The notes below the pieces were generated by a model. That model searched no databases. It had not been told where the DNA came from and worked only from the letters and a program-made list of their open reading frames with translations. Both the position numbers and the translations under genes were made by a program. From Propionibacterium freudenreichii subsp. freudenreichii (GTDB taxonomy: Bacteria; Actinomycetota; Actinomycetes; Propionibacteriales; Propionibacteriaceae), in assembly GCF_000940845.1 (NCBI RefSeq), contig NZ_CP010341.1, forward strand, positions 780,001-812,000: a DNA stretch of 32,000 bases, given 5' to 3'. This document shows, one piece after another, positions 28,970 to 32,000 of this stretch. Numbering within the stretch: position 1 is the first letter of the stretch; each line of letters starts with the position of its first letter.

Positions 28970-29522
28970 TCCGCAAGCGCAGGGCGCAGGGGCGCAACAG
29001 GCATCGGGTGCCGCAGGCGACGACCAGCCGCTCGTCGGCATCGTGATGGGTTCCGACTCGGACTGGCCCACCATGCAGGCGGCCGCCGAGGCGCTCACCG
29101 AATTCGGCGTGCCCTTCGAGGCCGACGTGGTCTCGGCCCACCGGATGCCCGACGAGATGCTGGCCTACGGCCATCGGGCACACGAGCGGGGGCTGCGCGT
29201 GATCATTGCCGGCGCCGGGGGGGCGGCCCACCTGCCGGGGATGCTGGCAGCGGTCACGCCGCTGCCGGTGATCGGCGTCCCGGTGGCGTTGAAGAACCTC
29301 GAGGGCATGGACTCGCTGCTGTCGATCGTCCAGATGCCGGCCGGGGTGCCGGTGGCGACCGTGGCAATCGGCAATGCACGCAATGCCGGGCTGCTCGCCG
29401 TGCGCATCCTCGCGGCCGGCGACGCGGCGCTCACGGACAAGATGGTGCAGTTCCAGCACGACCTGGCGGACTCGGCGCGTCGCAAGGGCGAGGCAGTGCG
29501 TTCGAAGACGGTGCGCGCGTAG
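28962..29522 (+). CDS. purE: 5-(carboxyamino)imidazole ribonucleotide mutase
   Basis: [23 protein letters not shown] and [10 protein letters not shown] motifs. Confidence 0.95.
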   Translation: MSDPQAQGAGAQQASGAAGDDQPLVGIVMGSDSDWPTMQAAAEALTEFGVPFEADVVSAHRMPDEMLAYGHRAHERGLRVIIAGAGGAAHLPGMLAAVTPLPVIGVPVALKNLEGMDSLLSIVQMPAGVPVATVAIGNARNAGLLAVRILAAGDAALTDKMVQFQHDLADSARRKGEAVRSKTVRA

Positions 29523-29559
29523 GTCCCGAGGACGCTGTGCCCGGTGGGCCGGTCGCCGT

Positions 29560-30927
29560 TCAGCTGGCGAACTGGTCCATGTCCTTGGTGTCGCCCTGCG
29601 CCAGCAGCCCGAACATCCTGGACGCCCGGGCCGAATCCCAGATCACCACCGATTGACCGTCGTCCGACCAGCCGGACGAGTTCGAGACGGGCACCTGCAG
29701 GGTCAGTCCCTTGCCGCCGGCCACGCTCACCATGCCGCGTCCGGCCCCCAGGGCGACGCCGGGGCCCATGTCCTTGCCGCGGGTGATCGCCTTGGACAGT
29801 GCCTCGTTCACATTCCACCAGCGCACCGGATTGGCCACGGTGGTGGGTGACATCACCTTCTTGCCCACCTTGGCGATCACCTCGCGCTGGCGCTTGGCGC
29901 GGCCCAGGTCACCCTCGGGATCGCCGTAGCGGTGGCGCACATAGCCCAGCGCATTGTCGCCGTTGAGCGTCTGGCATCCGGCCGGCAGGTCGATATTCGC
30001 CAGGGGGTCGGCCATGGGCTCGTCGAGGCACACCTGCACGCCCTTCACGGCGTCGATCATGTCGGCGAAGCCGGCGAAGCCGATCTCCATGTAGCCGTCC
30101 ATGCGCAGGCCCGTTGCCCCCTCGATCGTCTGGGTCAACAGAGGTGCGCCACCGAACGAATAGGCCGCGTTGATCTTGTTCCGCCCGTAGCCCGGAATCG
30201 TGACATATGAGTCACGGGGCACGCTGATCAGCACCGAACGGCCGCCCCACGGCGGCGTGTACAGGATCATGATCGTGTCGGTGCGCTGGCCCTCGGCGTC
30301 CCCGGTGCCCAGGGCCGCCTTCTGTGCCTCGGTGAGGTTCTCGCGCGAGTCGCTGCCCACCAGCAGGATCGCCGTGCCCGGCTGCTGCGAGGGCCGACCG
30401 GCGGCGGCCGGTTCCCAGTCGACCTGGGGCATGGAGGCGAAGGCCCGCACCGGAACCGCCACCGTATAGACCAGCCACGCCAGCAGGACGATGAAGAAGG
30501 TGCGGAAGAAGTTGCGCACCGGATGGCGCGGTCGCCGGCGTCGGGGAGGCTGCGTGGCGGGGACGGGGGCCGGCACGGGACGACGCGGCGGGGCACCATT
30601 GCCGCCGCCGGTCGGTCCGGACCCGGCATGGCGGGGCACGGCGTTGGCCGCCCCATACCCGCCGGGCTGCTGTCCGCGACTCGCATACTGTGCCGACCCA
30701 CCGGGCTGGACCTGGGCCGGGCGGGCCTGCTGCTGGGCCTGGCGGCGTGCGCGCTCGGCCAGGAACTCCTGCTCATGACGCTGGACGTCGGCGCGGTTGA
30801 AGGTGCTCGTCACGCGTGCCGGGCGTCCTGCCAGCGGATCGGGGGCCTCTTCCGGCCCGCGGCGATACAGCCAGTCAAGGTCAGCCTTCTGCTCACCCTC
30901 GTCATTCTGTTCGGCCATGGGCGACAC
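29560..30927 (-). CDS. LytR-CpsA-Psr (LCP) family cell-envelope phosphotransferase
   Basis: Long disordered Pro/Gly/Gln-rich cytoplasmic N-terminus, one TM helix (FFIVLLAWLVYTVAV), then the LCP core ILLVGSDSRE, RTDTIMILY, SVPRDSYV, KINAAYSFGG. Start is either GTG 30927 or ATG 30918. Confidence 0.9.
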   Translation of the reverse strand: MSPMAEQNDEGEQKADLDWLYRRGPEEAPDPLAGRPARVTSTFNRADVQRHEQEFLAERARRQAQQQARPAQVQPGGSAQYASRGQQPGGYGAANAVPRHAGSGPTGGGNGAPPRRPVPAPVPATQPPRRRRPRHPVRNFFRTFFIVLLAWLVYTVAVPVRAFASMPQVDWEPAAAGRPSQQPGTAILLVGSDSRENLTEAQKAALGTGDAEGQRTDTIMILYTPPWGGRSVLISVPRDSYVTIPGYGRNKINAAYSFGGAPLLTQTIEGATGLRMDGYMEIGFAGFADMIDAVKGVQVCLDEPMADPLANIDLPAGCQTLNGDNALGYVRHRYGDPEGDLGRAKRQREVIAKVGKKVMSPTTVANPVRWWNVNEALSKAITRGKDMGPGVALGAGRGMVSVAGGKGLTLQVPVSNSSGWSDDGQSVVIWDSARASRMFGLLAQGDTKDMDQFAS

Positions 30928-31043
30928 GCTACCGGTCGCGCATCACGCCCCGCCATGAAACCACCGGCGGTGTACCCCACGGTGCGACGGGCCGGGGCAT
31001 CCTCCTGACGGGCATGGCCGGGGTCGCCCGATAAGGTGGACCG

Positions 31044-32000
31044 GTGAGATATGCGGTGATCATGGCCGGCGGTTCGGGCACCAGGTTGTGGCCCCTGAGC
31101 CGTCAGGGCGAGCCCAAGCAGCTGCTGCGGATGATCGACGGCAAGAGCCTGTTGCGGCTCGCCTTCGAGCGCGTGGCGGGCGCCGTCGACCCCGCGAACA
31201 TCCTCATCTGCACCGGTGCCGCCTATATCGACGAGGTCGCCCGGCAGATCCCCGAGGTCGAATCCCGCAATCTGCTGGGCGAGCCCGTGGGGCGCGATTC
31301 CCTCAATGCCGTGGCCTGGCCGGCGGCCGTGCTGGCGCGCCGGGACCCGGGGGCCGTCACCGCGATGATCACCGCCGATCAGATCATCGAGCCGGTGGAG
31401 GTCTTCCGCCAACGCCTCGACACCGCCTTCCGGGTGGCCGAACAGGACGCCGACGCCCTGGTGACCTTCGGCATCGTGCCCACCAGTCCGAACACCGGCT
31501 ACGGATACCTGCACCGGGGCACCGACGTGCCCGGCTTCGTCGATGTCTCGCGGGTGACCGAGTTCAAGGAGAAGCCGGACGCCGCGACCGCGGCCCAGTA
31601 CCTGGCGTCGGGACGCTATTGGTGGAACTCCGGAATGTTCGTCTGGCGCGTGGAGACGCTGCTGCGCCAGTTGAAGGTGCTGTTGCCGCAGACCTATGAC
31701 GCGGTGCAGGAGCTGGCCGCCCATCCCGAACGCTTGGCGGAGATCTATCCGCAGCTGTTCAAGTCCTCGGTGGACTACGGGGTGATGGAGCCGGTGAGCC
31801 AGGGCAAGGCGCAGGCCCATGTCGTCGCGGTGGCCCTCGACACGCGCTGGGCCGACGTCGGCAGCTTCGCCAGCCTCTACCTGGAGCTGCCCCATGACGC
31901 ACATGGCAACGTGGTGCAGGGAGCGGTGATCGCCGAGGACACCCACGACTGCCTGCTGATCAACGCCGACGTCGGCGATTCGGTGCTGGCTGTCGCCGGA
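31044..32000 (+). CDS. manC: Mannose-1-phosphate guanylyltransferase (GDP-mannose pyrophosphorylase), 3'-truncated by the window end
   Basis: My own translation of frame 3 from GTG 31044 gives VRYAVIMAGGSGTRLWPLSRQGEPKQLL...TFGIVPTSPNTGYGYL...EKPDAATAAQYLASGRYWWNSGMFVW. The frame stays open to base 32000. It is absent from the ORF track because no stop is reached. AAGGTGG lies 4 nt upstream. Confidence 0.85.
   Translation, partial: MRYAVIMAGGSGTRLWPLSRQGEPKQLLRMIDGKSLLRLAFERVAGAVDPANILICTGAAYIDEVARQIPEVESRNLLGEPVGRDSLNAVAWPAAVLARRDPGAVTAMITADQIIEPVEVFRQRLDTAFRVAEQDADALVTFGIVPTSPNTGYGYLHRGTDVPGFVDVSRVTEFKEKPDAATAAQYLASGRYWWNSGMFVWRVETLLRQLKVLLPQTYDAVQELAAHPERLAEIYPQLFKSSVDYGVMEPVSQGKAQAHVVAVALDTRWADVGSFASLYLELPHDAHGNVVQGAVIAEDTHDCLLINADVGDSVLAVAG

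Noticed and set aside
30810-31946. 378-aa minus-strand ORF and the 203-aa plus-strand ORF (31088-31699) over the last kilobase
   Set aside because: Frame 3 from GTG 31044 gives a clear mannose-1-phosphate guanylyltransferase (GGSGTRLWPLS...). That frame is missing from the track only because it has no stop within the window. The listed ORFs are off-frame or antisense artefacts.

Overview
High-GC actinobacterial chromosomal DNA, possibly Propionibacteriales-like (that placement is inference only). I found no rRNA, tRNA or CRISPR array.

The right two thirds follow a gene order I recall from the Mycobacterium tuberculosis Rv3264c-Rv3285 region: accA (biotin carboxylase/BCCP), nei, maf, accE, pccB (acyl-CoA carboxylase beta subunit), birA, a PH-domain membrane protein, purK-purE, an LCP protein and manC. 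The left part carries a Zn alcohol dehydrogenase, a DUF2207 membrane protein, and a pyruvate:ferredoxin oxidoreductase (PFOR) translationally coupled to a dihydroorotate-dehydrogenase-like gene.

Three insertion-sequence features can be read directly from the sequence:
- A complete 1439-bp ISL3-family element (19224-20662) has an 8-bp target duplication and splits the permease gene of a two-gene ABC exporter.
- The first 86 bases of the window are an identical, inverted end of a second copy of that element.
- A complete 1093-bp IS481-family element (25909-27001) has a CCTAGA duplication and sits exactly on the stop codon of a peptidase E-like gene.

A 20-bp AT-rich dyad motif occurs twice. One copy is at the ABC-exporter promoter region and the other is upstream of a GbsR/MarR-type regulator, which suggests a small regulon.

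I do not see a convincing, clearly novel multi-gene system such as a defence island. The best leads are the PFOR/DHOD-like pair, the operator-linked exporter module, and the IS architecture. The many long antisense ORFs in the track are treated as high-GC artefacts.
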